A stretch of DNA of 64,000 nucleotides from Rhizophagus irregularis (GCF_026210795.1 NC_089431.1:1674001-1738000); one strand, 5' to 3'; shown: positions 1-12,495, counted from the stretch's first letter. The notes: generated by a model not told the origin, from the sequence alone. Translations and numbers: made by a program.

Positions 1-805
1 GCGGAATAATTCGCAAATTTACGCATTATAGCAAAATTTAAAATATGCGAAACACTTAGCAATTTTGCTGCCAGGAACTTGCCGAGTTCGTGAGCTGGCA
101 AATTTTGAATTTGCTGTAACGGGCTGTAAGAATCCGGATGGCTAATACGGCTTATTCAATCGGCTAATCATCTGATAATCAGCCACAAATTTATTGGCTT
201 AACACATTTTACAATAATGGACGGATGATCAGCCACAAATTTATGCGATAATCAGTTATAAGCGTTCAAGATCACTATCAATCTAATCAGCCAAATGAAT
301 TCACTCGCTGCAACTTTTTTTTGCCATGCATACAAGCCCCAACATGTGTAACATGTTATTTTTTTATAAATGGATGTTGATTAATACTTCAATTGTACTA
401 TATGCTTTTACGAGAGTTTTTTTAAAAATTCTCTCATGAAAGTGTTACAATTTTTTTTTCATAATATCACAATGCAAAATTTTTGCATTAGTTCATTCAT
501 TTTTCGTAATATTTCGCATTAGTTCATCCATTTTTCGCAATATTTCGCAAGTTTTTTTTCTTTTTTAGTATAGAATGGCGGAAATGACGTTATGACAACT
601 TGCCTCCTTTTTCTGAACCTCTGGTTCATGTATTCCCCCTTTTTCGTATTTTTAGTTCCTCATTTTCAAATTTCTGATTCATGTCTTTCCCCTTTTTCTC
701 ATATTTTTCTCCTTTCGTATTTCTAGTTCCTCTTCAAATTTCTAGTAATATCTTTTTCTCCCTTTCGAGTTTAGTTCATATTTCCTCCCTCACATATTAT
801 CCCGA

Positions 806-2235
806 TAGCTACAAAACGTGGTGAAAAACGAAATATTGATGATAATGAAAGAATCTCAAGACGTAATACTGAGAAGAGTAGTGAAGCCGAGAAACGAATA
901 AGATTATCAGACGATAATGTTGAAGGTATATATGACATGATATGTATCATATTTTTTATAAGAAATTATATAATATATAGTAATTATATTTTATTGTTAA
1001 AGTTAATAAAAAAACAATAGAAAAACTATTAAGAACCAATTCGCAGATAATTTCTAAGCTTGAAGTTCTTATTACCAGACAAAAAAATCTTGAAACCCGT
1101 CTCTCGGGTATAGAAAAAAAGCTCAACGATGATAACAAAAATAATAATACAATAGATCCGGAGTATATAAAGGTAATAAAGATGAATATTATTTAATGTA
1201 AACCTGAAATGCTAACCTCATTTGATTAGGAGCTTGTTAAGAAGGTGTCAAAAATTTTATTTGAAAATTTTGTTTATCCTTCGCAAGAAGAGTACAGACT
1301 TGCTACCGAAAAATATTTAAAAGATGAAAATCCAGAATTTATACGCCAGTTCAAAAAAAATCAATGGATTCTTTTTTTCGAAAAAAAAAATTGCCCAACT
1401 GTAAGTTAAAGCAATTATGAATTTTATTAAATTTCATACTAATATTTTTTTTAATAGTTAGTACAACAACATAGGAGTATAAGAGGGACGTTCACGTCCA
1501 GAGTAAAAGATGTAATGTATTCCGTTTATGAAGCAACTGGGCATAAATTACCGTCCATTAACACTCAGGCTAGTCCGTCAAAGATTCAGGAATGGAAGAG
1601 TAAGCCGGAGGTGAAAAGATGTTACAACATCCTATTTAAAAAGGTTAAAGATGGACAACCTACGACATATATGTCGCTGATAATTGATAAGTTGCGAAAA
1701 GATAATAAAAATCCCTCAAAAACACAAATAGCGTATGCGATTAGCATATGTGAAACGTACTTAAATCCTAATAATCAAAACATTCAAATGAGTGAAAGTA
1801 TAATGAAGTCGAAGATAATCAACAACTTAGTAAGTTTTTAATTTACAATTTGCAAAATGTGAATTATTTGAATTACAGTTTATTTATTTATTTGTTGGTT
1901 TTTAGCAAAAGTTGGAAAATAGGGATAAATTTACACATTCGGACGATGATTCTCATGATGGTAATGATGTAGATGATGGTGGTAATGGAGCAGCTGACGA
2001 TGGAGCAGGTGCTGCGACTAACGATGGAGCAGATGCTGCGGTTAACGATGGAACAGGTGCTGCGGTTAACGATGGAACAGGTGCTACGACTAACGATGGA
2101 GCAGGTGCTGCGGTTAATGATGGCATAGCTGACGATGATATACTTTCTAGTGACTCTTATAATACAGAGGAGGAAGATCGGTATGTAGATAGTTTATTAG
2201 AGAATTATGGGTTGCATAGGAAACAAAAGAAATAA
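806..2235 (+). CDS. Multi-exon hypothetical protein with acidic, repeat-containing C-terminus (exon limits approximate, start not identified)
   Basis: Open segments at ~806-926, ~1002-1172, ~1230-1400, ~1458-1829 and ~1906-2235 are separated by AT-rich GT..AG intervals; track ORFs 1515-1841 and 1912-2235. Confidence 0.55.
1985..2130 (+). repeat. 24-bp coding tandem repeat (NDG[AT]GAAV-like units, ~5-6 copies)
   Basis: Repeated aacgatgga(g/a)caggtgctgcggtt-like units. Confidence 0.85.
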
Positions 2236-2689
2236 ATATTATTTTTTATATATATCACACGTAATAGCATTTTTTTTACTATAATAATATAGTTTTAATA
2301 AATAAAATGGTTATTAATTCTTAACAATACGGGTGTGACATAAATAAATCGTGGCTGAAATTTGTGTTCAATTTGTGTTGATAATTCTGGTAAAAAATTT
2401 GTTAATTTTGGCCAAATTTCGTTAAATTTATTAAATTTGTATTGAATTTGTGTTGATAATTTTTAATTTATCACGAGGGGATGATATTTAGTAATTGTTT
2501 TTCTGGCCAATCAAAATTAGGCTGATCCTTGCATGTGATTTAATCATTTAATCATGCACGCGTTTTTTGTCTTATTTATTTTTGTCTCTTATTTCTTTAT
2601 TCTTTTGTTCAATATTTTTAATTTTTTTGTCTCTTCTTTCTATTATTTCTTTAATTATATACAAACAATATATTTACATATATTTCATA

Positions 2690-3200
2690 ATTTATTGCTT
2701 TGCAGGTATAGAAATATTTGTTTATTAATACTAATTATTTTCATTTTTTTTTACCTCTTTGTTACTTTGTATCGTAATACTAACAATAATATCCATGTTT
2801 TCTTTATTCCTTTTTACTTGTACTTTAATACTAACGATACTAACGATACTAACAATACTAACAACATGTTTATTTTTTCCTTTCTCTTTATTTCTTTATT
2901 CTTTTGTTCAATTACTTTGCAGGTATAGAAATATTTATTTATTAATACTAATTATTTTAATATTAACGCGTTTTTTTTTACCTCTTTGTTACTTTATGTC
3001 GTAATACTAACAATACTATCTACGTTTCCTTTATTCCTTTTTACTTGTACTTTAATACTAACGATAATATCCATGTTTCTTTTACTCCTTTTACTGTTTC
3101 TTTAACTCTTTTTACCTTAATACTAACAATATTTCTTTTATCTTTATATCTAATACTAACGTTACTATAGCTGTTTCTCTTCTTTTTACGTCTAATAATA
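2690..3200. repeat. AT-rich degenerate duplication (~218-bp period) with tactaac(g/a)a repeats
   Basis: tttgcaggtatagaaatattt..ttaatactaattatttt occurs at ~2699 and ~2917. Confidence 0.7.
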
Positions 3201-3463
3201 TTGTTACTCTTTACTCTTTCTTTTTTTTACTTTTATGTATTCTGTATATTAATAAATACTTGTAATTTTTTATGGTTTAATAAAATTATATCTAATAAAA
3301 CATACATTATATAAACTTATAGTACAGAAAATGAAGTATTATTTTTGAAACATTACGAAATATTAAGTTGTGTAAAATCACAGAATATTACGAATCGTCA
3401 AATTATGGAGCATTACGCATCATAGAATTTCGAAATATTTTAAAAAGTTGCGAAGTATTACGC

Positions 3464-4700
3464 TGTAAACGGCCAAATATCAAGTACGAAAAGAAGATAA
3501 AATTCAACCACCAAATGTAATTATCAAGTATTAAGAATGAACGAATTAATCGTGGATTGGCGTGGATGGATAAATAATTAGCCGAAAAGGATAAACATTT
3601 AAGAAGAGTAATGATCTACATGATGTAATATTTATTGAATGATTGACAAAGAACCAATAGGATAAATAGAGTCGATCATTTGCGGCTTAGCGATCTTTAA
3701 CAATGAGAACGACAAGAAAGAATAATTATAAGCCACAAAAGGTAGATTATGAGCGAAACACATAAAGTGGATTAAAAGAATATATAAAATAATGTCGGAA
3801 AGATTGGAGAACACAAAATAATATAGAAGATAATATGAAAAGATGGCATAAAGATGGAATATAAAAGATAACATATTAAAAAGAACATATATAAAAGATA
3901 ACACAGCCACAAAAGATGAATTATATCTTTACGACATAATATTTGAAAGATTATTTTAAAGAAAAGATAGCACAGCCATAAAAGATGGGTTATAAATTAT
4001 TTCTTTACGATGTAATATTTGAATAATAGAAAAGATAATATATAAAATAATATATAAGATAGCATATTAAAAGATAGCGTATTTAAAATATAGATAGTAT
4101 ATTAGAAAGATAGTTCAAAGATAATATGTAAAGAACATAAAAGATAGTATATAGATAGAATAGAAAGTAGCATAAAAATTGTATATATAGAGAACGGAAT
4201 TCAAAGTAATTCCACAGTTCGCATCCACAGAACTCAATAAAATATAAGTTTTATTTTTTAATTATTAATGAAGTTTAATATTAATTAAAGGTAATAGGTT
4301 CGCCCTAAACTTTAATTAATGTTTGATTAATTAATTTTAATTAATGAAAATTTAAGATGAATTAAATATATACCTTTGGAAGATAATAATTCGTAGCGAG
4401 AGCTATCGCAGTTTGAAATCGAAAGTGGATATAAATTGAGGAAAATTCAGAGAAGTTAATTTTATTTTATACCGTTCAACGCTTTATATTACTAACGCTA
4501 TTTATTTTGTGAACCAAGAATGTTGTTGTATATTGTTCGCTGATGTTATTGTTTGTTAATTATGTTTTGATCACGTGTTTGTTCGTTTGATTGCTCGTTC
4601 GTTCGTTTGTTTGTTCGCTCATTCGTTCGTTCGACCATGAGAACGCCCGTTCGATGTGGCAACCTTGTAAATCGATGACAGGGGGAATTGGGGGATCTCA
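3464..4700 (+). repeat. 5' LTR
   Basis: tgtaaacggcc...ggggatctca; near-identical to 13859-15095 (three transitions spotted by eye). Confidence 0.97.
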
Positions 4701-4702
4701 TA

Positions 4703-4712
4703 TGGTGCATGC
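4703..4712 (+). promoter_or_regulatory. Putative primer binding site (TGGTGCAT..)
   Basis: TGG two nt after the LTR; complementary to a tRNA 3' end ..UGCACCA (Gly-like, not verified). Confidence 0.55.
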
Positions 4713-6271
4713 TCGCAAGAAAGGAAATGATCATCATCACATGATTATTATTATAATGAATATGAAAATTTAATTTCGTTAGTAAGTCACTGATAGGTAT
4801 TATTAATCAATATTTTATTTTAGAATTTATTTTTAGATTTCAGGTTTTGACGAGTTCAAAAGGAACCAATAAATCAACAAGGATTTAATCGAGTTAAAAA
4901 CTTGAAAAGGTGAAAGATTGAAGTTTGAAGTTGTGCAAGTAATCATTTAATCGATAGAAAGCACAAGAATATTTCTTTCGGGAATAAAGTACCTGAGAAA
5001 TTTCATAAGGAGATGTGGAAGTGAAAGATGGATTTTGAAATAAAGATTAATAATGGGAGAACACCAATGTATTATCCGGGGTTCATCTGTGTGGTATGGG
5101 TTACCTCTGAGTTTGAATTTTGGATAAATGTTCGAGATTGGAAAATTTTTATTCTTCGACATTAAAGATTATAACGTATGGGTTACGTCAAATCTGGATA
5201 CCCAGCTCAATAATGCGCAAATTGCTTTGGGGACGGGGAATGAAGATTGTAAAGACACCTACTATCAAGAAACATTGAATGGATAAAATGGGACAAACCT
5301 GAAAACTGTCGTGCTTTTATTTCAATGTGAGGTATCTCCAACGGGTAAGAGATAGAGATAAGCTCAGTATAGGTCCACCAATTTGAGGAAAGATAAGTTG
5401 GTTTAGATGAGTTTTATGGATAGCTGATGACTTTTGAAACTGGATTTTGGAAGGTTAGATTCACCCGTTAAGAGACAAGTCGGCCAACGAAGGAGGAAAA
5501 ATGGATACGTTGTATTGTTACAGGTCCTAGGCTACATTTCAGATGAGGGTTCCTGGTGTAGTGTCCTAGTTCACGCTTTCATTACAATGTTCCGTTAAAA
5601 GAAGAAAAAATAGAAGGATATTTACACATTAACGAGCCGTATAATGAACATTACGTGCAGTATTTAATAATAGAGTAAAATCCGAAAAGAAGGATATTTA
5701 TTTAAAAGAAGAACATTTATTTGAAAAAGAATATTTATTTGAAAAAGAACATTTATTTGAAAAGAAAGACATTTATCTGAAAAGAACGACATTTTGTGTG
5801 TTATAGATTAATTTATATAATATAGAATATATAGTAAGAAGGATTTATGTGGACGATAAGAAAGATTGGAAATTCGCAAACCTTAAGACTCCAAAATTTT
5901 CATAAAGTTTGTGATATGTGAAACTATGAATCACGGTGACGAAAAGATGCGACATGTGAAATTAGGGAAATCGGTGATAAAAGATAAATTTTATGGCGCA
6001 GTAAAAAACCTCCGCAGCCTGAGGAGATCGTGGACTTAGAAAGATTTTTGAAATTTCGAGGCGCAGCAAAAATTAATAGTAAAATATGACGAAGTAAATA
6101 TATAGAACCGAAAGATGGAATCTAAGATTGAAAGAAGTAATCTATTTAAAGATGAAAGAATGTTTAGAAGATCAAAAATAGAAATGATAAGAGTGAAATA
6201 TATATATATAGAAAGAGGAATCCGATTGAGATTCTGGATGGATATTCATAGCAATTTAACTAAAGCATATA

Positions 6272-9200
6272 ATGGAATGGTACCATCAATGGGAAAGCGA
6301 ATATAGAACACATAAAGAAGAACACGAATTAGGAACGGAAGAATTGAATGAATGTTTAAATTGTGAATTATGTTATCCAATAGTAAATGAACCAATAGTA
6401 TTCAAGAAATTTTGGGACGCGTTATTTAAATTTGAAGATGCAATAATAATATACAATGACGTAACGATTAAGGGAGTATTAGATTTATTAAGTATGAATA
6501 ATTCAGAAAGGGAAGATACAATACATAAAGGGAAATGTAGAGACATAATGGATAGAATAACGGAATCAATAAGATATAGAATACAACCAAAAATGAAAGA
6601 AAGGGGATTACGAACAATTATATTAGTAATTGTAAGAGACTGTATTGAAAGAAATCTGGGGAATGAAGTATTTGATAGATTAATTGGAAATCCTGAATTA
6701 ATAGAACACAAATATATTTTGGAAGATTGGGATGTTGAAAGAAGGTTTGAGAAATTTTGGCAATGGTATAGAATCACATCAAAAGAAATTGGACCATTAC
6801 GAGTAAAGACGGGAGCAATAGAGACGTTTAGGGAGTTACTATATGAAGAAGAAGGAATAGCTATGAATGAGGAGAAAGTAAAGGAACTAATGTCCAAAAT
6901 AGAATATGAGAACATACATATAGAAAATGTTCACGAATATCACAAGAATATGATGCAAAAGATAATAAGAATATTTATAGATACTAGGGGATTTACAAAA
7001 GAACCAGAAGATTCAGAAAGTGAAGATAGTCCGGCAAGTTACGAATTGGAAAATGATTCCGAGGAAGAATTAGAGATAATAATAGGAGATAAATCATGGA
7101 AATTTAGTGAATTAAGAAGAAGGTCAAATGTTATGGATGAAGACCAACTGAGGTACATTTGGAAAATAGGAATAAAGTTGATGATAGAAATGGATATATT
7201 GGTAACGAGAATATTTATGGATAAAATTCAAGAGATAGAGGAATTGGATGAAAGGGAAAAAGAATTGAGGATAAAAGAATGGTTAGAAAAAGAAACAATA
7301 AGATGTGAAAAATGTGGTAATAGAAGGTTCGAAATGGACGAAGCGGATAGCGAATGCGGGGAATGTGTTAAAGAAGCGCAGAAGAATGAACAAGATGAGC
7401 TAATAGAATTAAGAAACAACTTAGAAAAATTGGGATATGAAATAGATGTGTCAGAAATTCAAAGAATGAAGAGTTTTGGGGTAAATAATCGAATAATAGT
7501 AACTAAAGAATTTGTGGAAGAATATATGGAAATGATAGATTTGGAAGATAAAGAATTAAGAAAAGAAATTCATAAGTGGTTAAACCAGAATACAACTTGG
7601 TGCGAAAGATGCGAAATAAGATGGATGAATGATATGTTTAGATTAGGATGGATGGATGATATGTCTAGAGTAAGAGGAATGGTATGCAAAGATTGTGAAG
7701 AAGAAAATATCGATGAAATTGATAATCGGGTAAAAAGATTACAGAAGATTTTTGAAGATATTGGAACAATAATAACTGAAGAAGAATTGTTAAGATTAAC
7801 TAGTATGGGATATACAGATGGAGAAATTTTAGATAAAGAATTCATTGAAATCTTTCAAGAAAATAAAAATGAGTCGGAAAATGAATTAAAGAAAAAGTTA
7901 GATAAGTTGTTGAAAGAACAAGCGGGAATAATAGATAGTGAAGAAAGTGGCGAAAGAAGCGATAATGAAGAATCAGAAGAAGATAATACAGATGATTCAG
8001 AAAAGATTGGAGAAATACTAAGTCCGGATGAAAGATGGGACGAAGATATTGAAAATTTTAACGAAGAAGAGTTTGAAGATGAAGTTGAAAATGTTATAAA
8101 TAGAGGGGATAGCGACTTAAGTCAAAATTCAGATACGAATAGTTCATTAAATATTAAAAATTCTGACAACGAAAGTGAATTATCTGATTACAATTTACAA
8201 GATTTATTTCAAGAGAATATATTGAATATGGCAACTGAGGGTCAAGTAAAGAGAATGTTAGAGAACGCTTTAGGCTATCCGGCTAATACTTTGAACGCAG
8301 CAGTAGGAGCAGAAGGAAGTTTGATAGATAGGATCGAAAATGCAGGAAATGAAGCAGGAGGAACAATTAGTATACCACTCTTTTATGGAAGAGAAGATGA
8401 AGATGTTACTGATTGGGTTAGACAATTCGAGGTAGCATTTGCAGCAGTTGGAAAAGCAGCGGGAGCTAATGGCGTAAGACAAGCGGTATACGCAGCAGCA
8501 CATTTAAGAGGAGCAGCAGCGCAATGGTATAATGAAATGAAAGAAGTAAATGCAGGTCACTTAGTGAATTGGGCAGATGCAGATAATGATAATGATTTAA
8601 AGCATAGAATAAAAAGAAGATTTACCAGAGAGGATGTTAGAAGAAAGAAAATGCTAGAATTAAGAAAAACTCGACAAGGAACAAATGAAAGTGTTGAAGA
8701 ATATACAAGAAGATTTAGACAAATATTAAGAATAGCAACTAGAGGACATGCATTAGCAGATGAATATCAAGTAGATTTTTACATCGAAGGATTAGAACCA
8801 ACAATAGGATATCAAGTTAGAAGACAGAATCCAGCGAACTTAAATGGGGCGATAGAAATAGCAGTAAGAGAAGAAGGTGCAAAAGACGAATTTTTAAGAA
8901 AAGCAATAGGAACACCAATTAGTACGAAAATAGATATCGGAAAAGATGACAATAGACAAAATATGTTCGCAAAACCATTGAACGAAAATTATGAGGACGA
9001 ATTAGCTGAAATGTTTAAAGAGAAGGCGAAAATTAGTAAATTAGAAAGAATGGTAGCAAATATGGAGAGAAGATTAAACAATGATAATAGGGATAGGTAT
9101 CAACCAAATATGGGAAGGAGATTAAATAATGGTAATAGGAATAGTTATCAATCAAACCAGAATAGGGTACCAACGTGTTTCGGATGTAATAGAATGGGGC

Positions 9201-9865
9201 ATTACAAGAATAATTGTCCCGAAGGAAGGAATGCGAGAGTAAATATGATGGACGAATATGATGATCAAGAAGAATATTATTATGATGAATATGGATACGA
9301 GGATCCACAATATAACGAAGTATATTATGCACAAGGCTATTACAATGATTATGAAGATAGAGAATTAAATTATCATAATGAGTTATACGCAAAGGATGAC
9401 GCAGTAAAAGGAAGAAGACAATCAAGAAGGACGAGTCCAATAGTGGGATATAAAAATAATAATGAAGAGGGAAATTTACAGGAAGAATTAAGAGAAGCAG
9501 GAAATAGAATGGATGATAGAGAAATACCAACTGGTATGATAGCACCAAATTATATACCTGAACGAACTGAACAAAATGGGGATAGACCAATAGGACCAAA
9601 AGGAATGAGATGGAGTAATAAAAGGCAAGCTTATTATGACCCAACGGAAGGACTAAGAAAATGGAGAGAAGCAGGAGGACCAATGAAGCCCAGGGAGTAT
9701 GGACCAAGATTAACTGACGGAATACCACCTTATGATATTGTAGGGGATGTGAAAAATTGTAGAGCGAATATAACATATGGACAATTAATAAATGGGAATC
9801 CTAAGTATCATAAACAATTGAGAGAAGCAACATATAGACCAAGAAGTATAAACGAAAAAAATTGA
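6272..9865 (+). CDS. gag: Gag polyprotein with ~650-aa N-terminal extension
   Basis: Capsid-like IPLFYGREDEDVTDWVRQFE...HLRGAAAQWY; MHR-like QGTNESVEEYTRRF; CCHC knuckle CFGCNRMGHYKNNC. Confidence 0.9.
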   Translation: MEWYHQWESEYRTHKEEHELGTEELNECLNCELCYPIVNEPIVFKKFWDALFKFEDAIIIYNDVTIKGVLDLLSMNNSEREDTIHKGKCRDIMDRITESIRYRIQPKMKERGLRTIILVIVRDCIERNLGNEVFDRLIGNPELIEHKYILEDWDVERRFEKFWQWYRITSKEIGPLRVKTGAIETFRELLYEEEGIAMNEEKVKELMSKIEYENIHIENVHEYHKNMMQKIIRIFIDTRGFTKEPEDSESEDSPASYELENDSEEELEIIIGDKSWKFSELRRRSNVMDEDQLRYIWKIGIKLMIEMDILVTRIFMDKIQEIEELDEREKELRIKEWLEKETIRCEKCGNRRFEMDEADSECGECVKEAQKNEQDELIELRNNLEKLGYEIDVSEIQRMKSFGVNNRIIVTKEFVEEYMEMIDLEDKELRKEIHKWLNQNTTWCERCEIRWMNDMFRLGWMDDMSRVRGMVCKDCEEENIDEIDNRVKRLQKIFEDIGTIITEEELLRLTSMGYTDGEILDKEFIEIFQENKNESENELKKKLDKLLKEQAGIIDSEESGERSDNEESEEDNTDDSEKIGEILSPDERWDEDIENFNEEEFEDEVENVINRGDSDLSQNSDTNSSLNIKNSDNESELSDYNLQDLFQENILNMATEGQVKRMLENALGYPANTLNAAVGAEGSLIDRIENAGNEAGGTISIPLFYGREDEDVTDWVRQFEVAFAAVGKAAGANGVRQAVYAAAHLRGAAAQWYNEMKEVNAGHLVNWADADNDNDLKHRIKRRFTREDVRRKKMLELRKTRQGTNESVEEYTRRFRQILRIATRGHALADEYQVDFYIEGLEPTIGYQVRRQNPANLNGAIEIAVREEGAKDEFLRKAIGTPISTKIDIGKDDNRQNMFAKPLNENYEDELAEMFKEKAKISKLERMVANMERRLNNDNRDRYQPNMGRRLNNGNRNSYQSNQNRVPTCFGCNRMGHYKNNCPEGRNARVNMMDEYDDQEEYYYDEYGYEDPQYNEVYYAQGYYNDYEDRELNYHNELYAKDDAVKGRRQSRRTSPIVGYKNNNEEGNLQEELREAGNRMDDREIPTGMIAPNYIPERTEQNGDRPIGPKGMRWSNKRQAYYDPTEGLRKWREAGGPMKPREYGPRLTDGIPPYDIVGDVKNCRANITYGQLINGNPKYHKQLREATYRPRSINEKN

Positions 9866-10378
9866 CTACACTCGGTGGGAACTATGAAAAATGAAGAGAA
9901 GAAAACTACAGCAATGAGAACAGAATTAGAAGTTGAAGATCAATTAGTGAGCGTAATAATAGATACCGGAGCAGCAGTAAGTGTGATAACAGATAAATTA
10001 AGAAGAAGATTGAATATACCTATATTTGGAAAAAGTAAATTTAGATGTATAATAGCAAATGGGCAAAAGATAGCAGCGTTAGGAAAAGCAAATATAACTT
10101 TAAGATACAAAGATGAATTAGAGACACTAAAAGAAGTTGAAGTAATAGATTCAGAAGAAGAGGATCTAATTTTGGGAAATGATATATGGAAGCTGTATAA
10201 TGCAAAAATAAATTTCGAAGATCATACCTTAAGGATAGAAGAAAAGGGAGAAATAATAACGATCCCAGTAGGATATGAAAGAGAAGCAATATATGAAAGC
10301 GAAGAGAGTGAGGACGATGAAGAATATGAAAGTAACGATGAGGGAGAGGTATTCAAAATGCACCAGAATTTTAAATAG
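9866..10378 (+). CDS. Retropepsin aspartic protease, in frame with gag after one TGA
   Basis: IIDTGAAVS and DLILGND motifs. Confidence 0.92.
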   Translation, partial: LHSVGTMKNEEKKTTAMRTELEVEDQLVSVIIDTGAAVSVITDKLRRRLNIPIFGKSKFRCIIANGQKIAALGKANITLRYKDELETLKEVEVIDSEEEDLILGNDIWKLYNAKINFEDHTLRIEEKGEIITIPVGYEREAIYESEESEDDEEYESNDEGEVFKMHQNFK

Positions 10379-10413
10379 AGAGTCTTGGCTCTGAAGAGAG
10401 AGAGACGGAAAAG

Positions 10414-12495
10414 ATGCTCGAACCAAGTGAAAAATTTATGCAAAAATTAAGTATAGGGAAAGTGGAAGAACCAATTTGGGAAAATATGGTAAAATTATTA
10501 TTAGAATACCAAGATATTTTGGAATATGACAAAGAAATAGAAGGGAGAACAAAAGCGGCGCAACATGAGATAAAGATAAAAGATGGAGTAGAACCGATAA
10601 AACAAAGAAGATACAAGGAAACAGACGAAAAAGCAAAATTTATAAGCGAAGAAGTAGATAAATTATTAAGACAAGGAAGGATAAGAAAATCAAAAAGTCC
10701 GTGGAGTTCACCGGTTACATTAGCAGGAAAGAAAACGGGAAAATATAGATTCTGTATTGATTACAGAAAGTTAAACAAGATAACTATAATGGATAGTTTT
10801 CCTTTACCAAGAATGGATGAATTGTTAGACAAATATAGAAAAGCAAAATGGTTTTCAAGCATAGATTTAGCAGCAGGATTTAATCAAGTAGAAATGAAAG
10901 AAGAAGACAAAGAAAAAACAGCATTTGTATGTTCAAAGGGATTATTTGAGTATAATGTAATGCCATTCGGTTTAACGAACGCACCAGCAACATTTCAAAG
11001 ATTAATGGATGAAATATTAGAAGAATACATAAATGATTTTGTGGTAGTATATATTGACGATATTATGATATATTCAGGAAATTTGAAAGACCATATGGAA
11101 CATGTGGAAAAAGTATTAAAGAAGTTACAAGAGAATAATTTGATAATAAAATTAAAGAAATGTAGATTTTTGGAAAGAAATATCGAATTTTTAGGACATA
11201 TAGTAGGAAATGATGGATTGAGGCCGGACGATAAAAAGATAGAAAAGATAAAAGAAATGAAGGCACCAACAACGGTGAAAGAAGTAAGATCATTTTTAGG
11301 ACTTTGTTCATATTACAGAAAATTTGTGAAGAATTTTTCAAAGATAGCAAGACCAATAAGCGACTTGAGAAAGAAAGGAGTACCTTTCATTTGGGGAAAA
11401 GAACAACAAGAAGCGTTTGAAAAATTAAAAGAAAAGTTAATACAATATCCAATATTGCGACATCCAGATTGGAAGAAAGAATTTCTATTAATAACAGATG
11501 CATCAGGAAAAGGATTAGGTGCAGTATTAAGTCAAAAAGATGAAAAAGGAAAAGAAGTAGTAATAGCATATGCAAGTAGAAGTTTATTACCAGCAGAAGA
11601 AAATTACCCGATAACAGAATTGGAATGTTTAGGAATAGTTTGGGGAATTCAACATTTTCATAAGTATCTAATCGATAGAAAATTTAAAGTAATAACAGAT
11701 CACAGTGCATTAAAAGGATTAATGAACGCAAAAATACCGAAAGGAAGAAGAGCAAGATGGGTAATGGAATTACAGCAATATAATTTCGAAGTAGTACATA
11801 GGTCGGGAAAAGAAAATACGAACGCCGACGCACTAAGTAGATTATTAAAGATAGTGGAGGAACAACCAGAAATAGTAATAATCGATGGAGTAGACGGATT
11901 GGGAAAAACAAGTATAGTACAAAATTTAATTAAAGAATGGGAAGAACAAGGATTAAAAGTAAGATTCAATACTTATAAAAGAAGAAGAAAAGATAAAGAT
12001 GAATTTCACGAATCAAAGATGGATACAGAATGGAAATTCAGAAAAGAAGTAGTGGAACAAATAAATAGAAGAATGGTAGAATACGATGAAGATACAGATA
12101 TAATAATTTTGGACAAATCACCATATTGTGAATATTATTACCAAAAGACGAAAAGTTTTGACAGAGGATTAATTACTCCACATGGAAATCATGAGATGGA
12201 GAAAGAAATATTCAGACTGAAAGAAACAATAGATAAATCAATAGTGATATTTTTAGAAAAAGATGGCAATGTATGTTGGGAAAATTACATTGGAAGAGAA
12301 ACAAAGAAAACGGAAAAACCATCATATCCAACATTAAAGAAGGATGAATATTTGGACATGGTTAAAATGTTTGAAGAAAATCAAAGTGTGTATAAAGATA
12401 CCAAAAGATACAGTCGAGTAAAAGTTAAAAATGACAATAGTAGTTGGAGAAAAGTATTTAAAGAGGTGGAAAAATGGAGAAGAGCACAGAACTAA
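10414..12495 (+). CDS. pol: Reverse transcriptase-RNase H fused to a P-loop nucleotide-kinase-like domain
   Basis: RFCIDYRKLN, YIDD, TDAS..GAVL, NADALSR; then IIDGVDGLGKTS and IILDKSPYCEYYYQ. Confidence 0.93.
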   Translation: MLEPSEKFMQKLSIGKVEEPIWENMVKLLLEYQDILEYDKEIEGRTKAAQHEIKIKDGVEPIKQRRYKETDEKAKFISEEVDKLLRQGRIRKSKSPWSSPVTLAGKKTGKYRFCIDYRKLNKITIMDSFPLPRMDELLDKYRKAKWFSSIDLAAGFNQVEMKEEDKEKTAFVCSKGLFEYNVMPFGLTNAPATFQRLMDEILEEYINDFVVVYIDDIMIYSGNLKDHMEHVEKVLKKLQENNLIIKLKKCRFLERNIEFLGHIVGNDGLRPDDKKIEKIKEMKAPTTVKEVRSFLGLCSYYRKFVKNFSKIARPISDLRKKGVPFIWGKEQQEAFEKLKEKLIQYPILRHPDWKKEFLLITDASGKGLGAVLSQKDEKGKEVVIAYASRSLLPAEENYPITELECLGIVWGIQHFHKYLIDRKFKVITDHSALKGLMNAKIPKGRRARWVMELQQYNFEVVHRSGKENTNADALSRLLKIVEEQPEIVIIDGVDGLGKTSIVQNLIKEWEEQGLKVRFNTYKRRRKDKDEFHESKMDTEWKFRKEVVEQINRRMVEYDEDTDIIILDKSPYCEYYYQKTKSFDRGLITPHGNHEMEKEIFRLKETIDKSIVIFLEKDGNVCWENYIGRETKKTEKPSYPTLKKDEYLDMVKMFEENQSVYKDTKRYSRVKVKNDNSSWRKVFKEVEKWRRAQN

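Noticed and set aside
2554..3004. Hydrophobic ORFs of 124 and 81 aa
   Set aside because: They arise from T-rich low-complexity repeats.
3632..3910. 92-aa hydrophobic ORF, duplicated at 14027-14305
   Set aside because: It is the antisense reading of A-rich LTR sequence; the duplication is just the LTR pair.
4720..6270. Extra ORF in the Gypsy leader
   Set aside because: The frames I translated gave only short ORFs with no recognisable motif.
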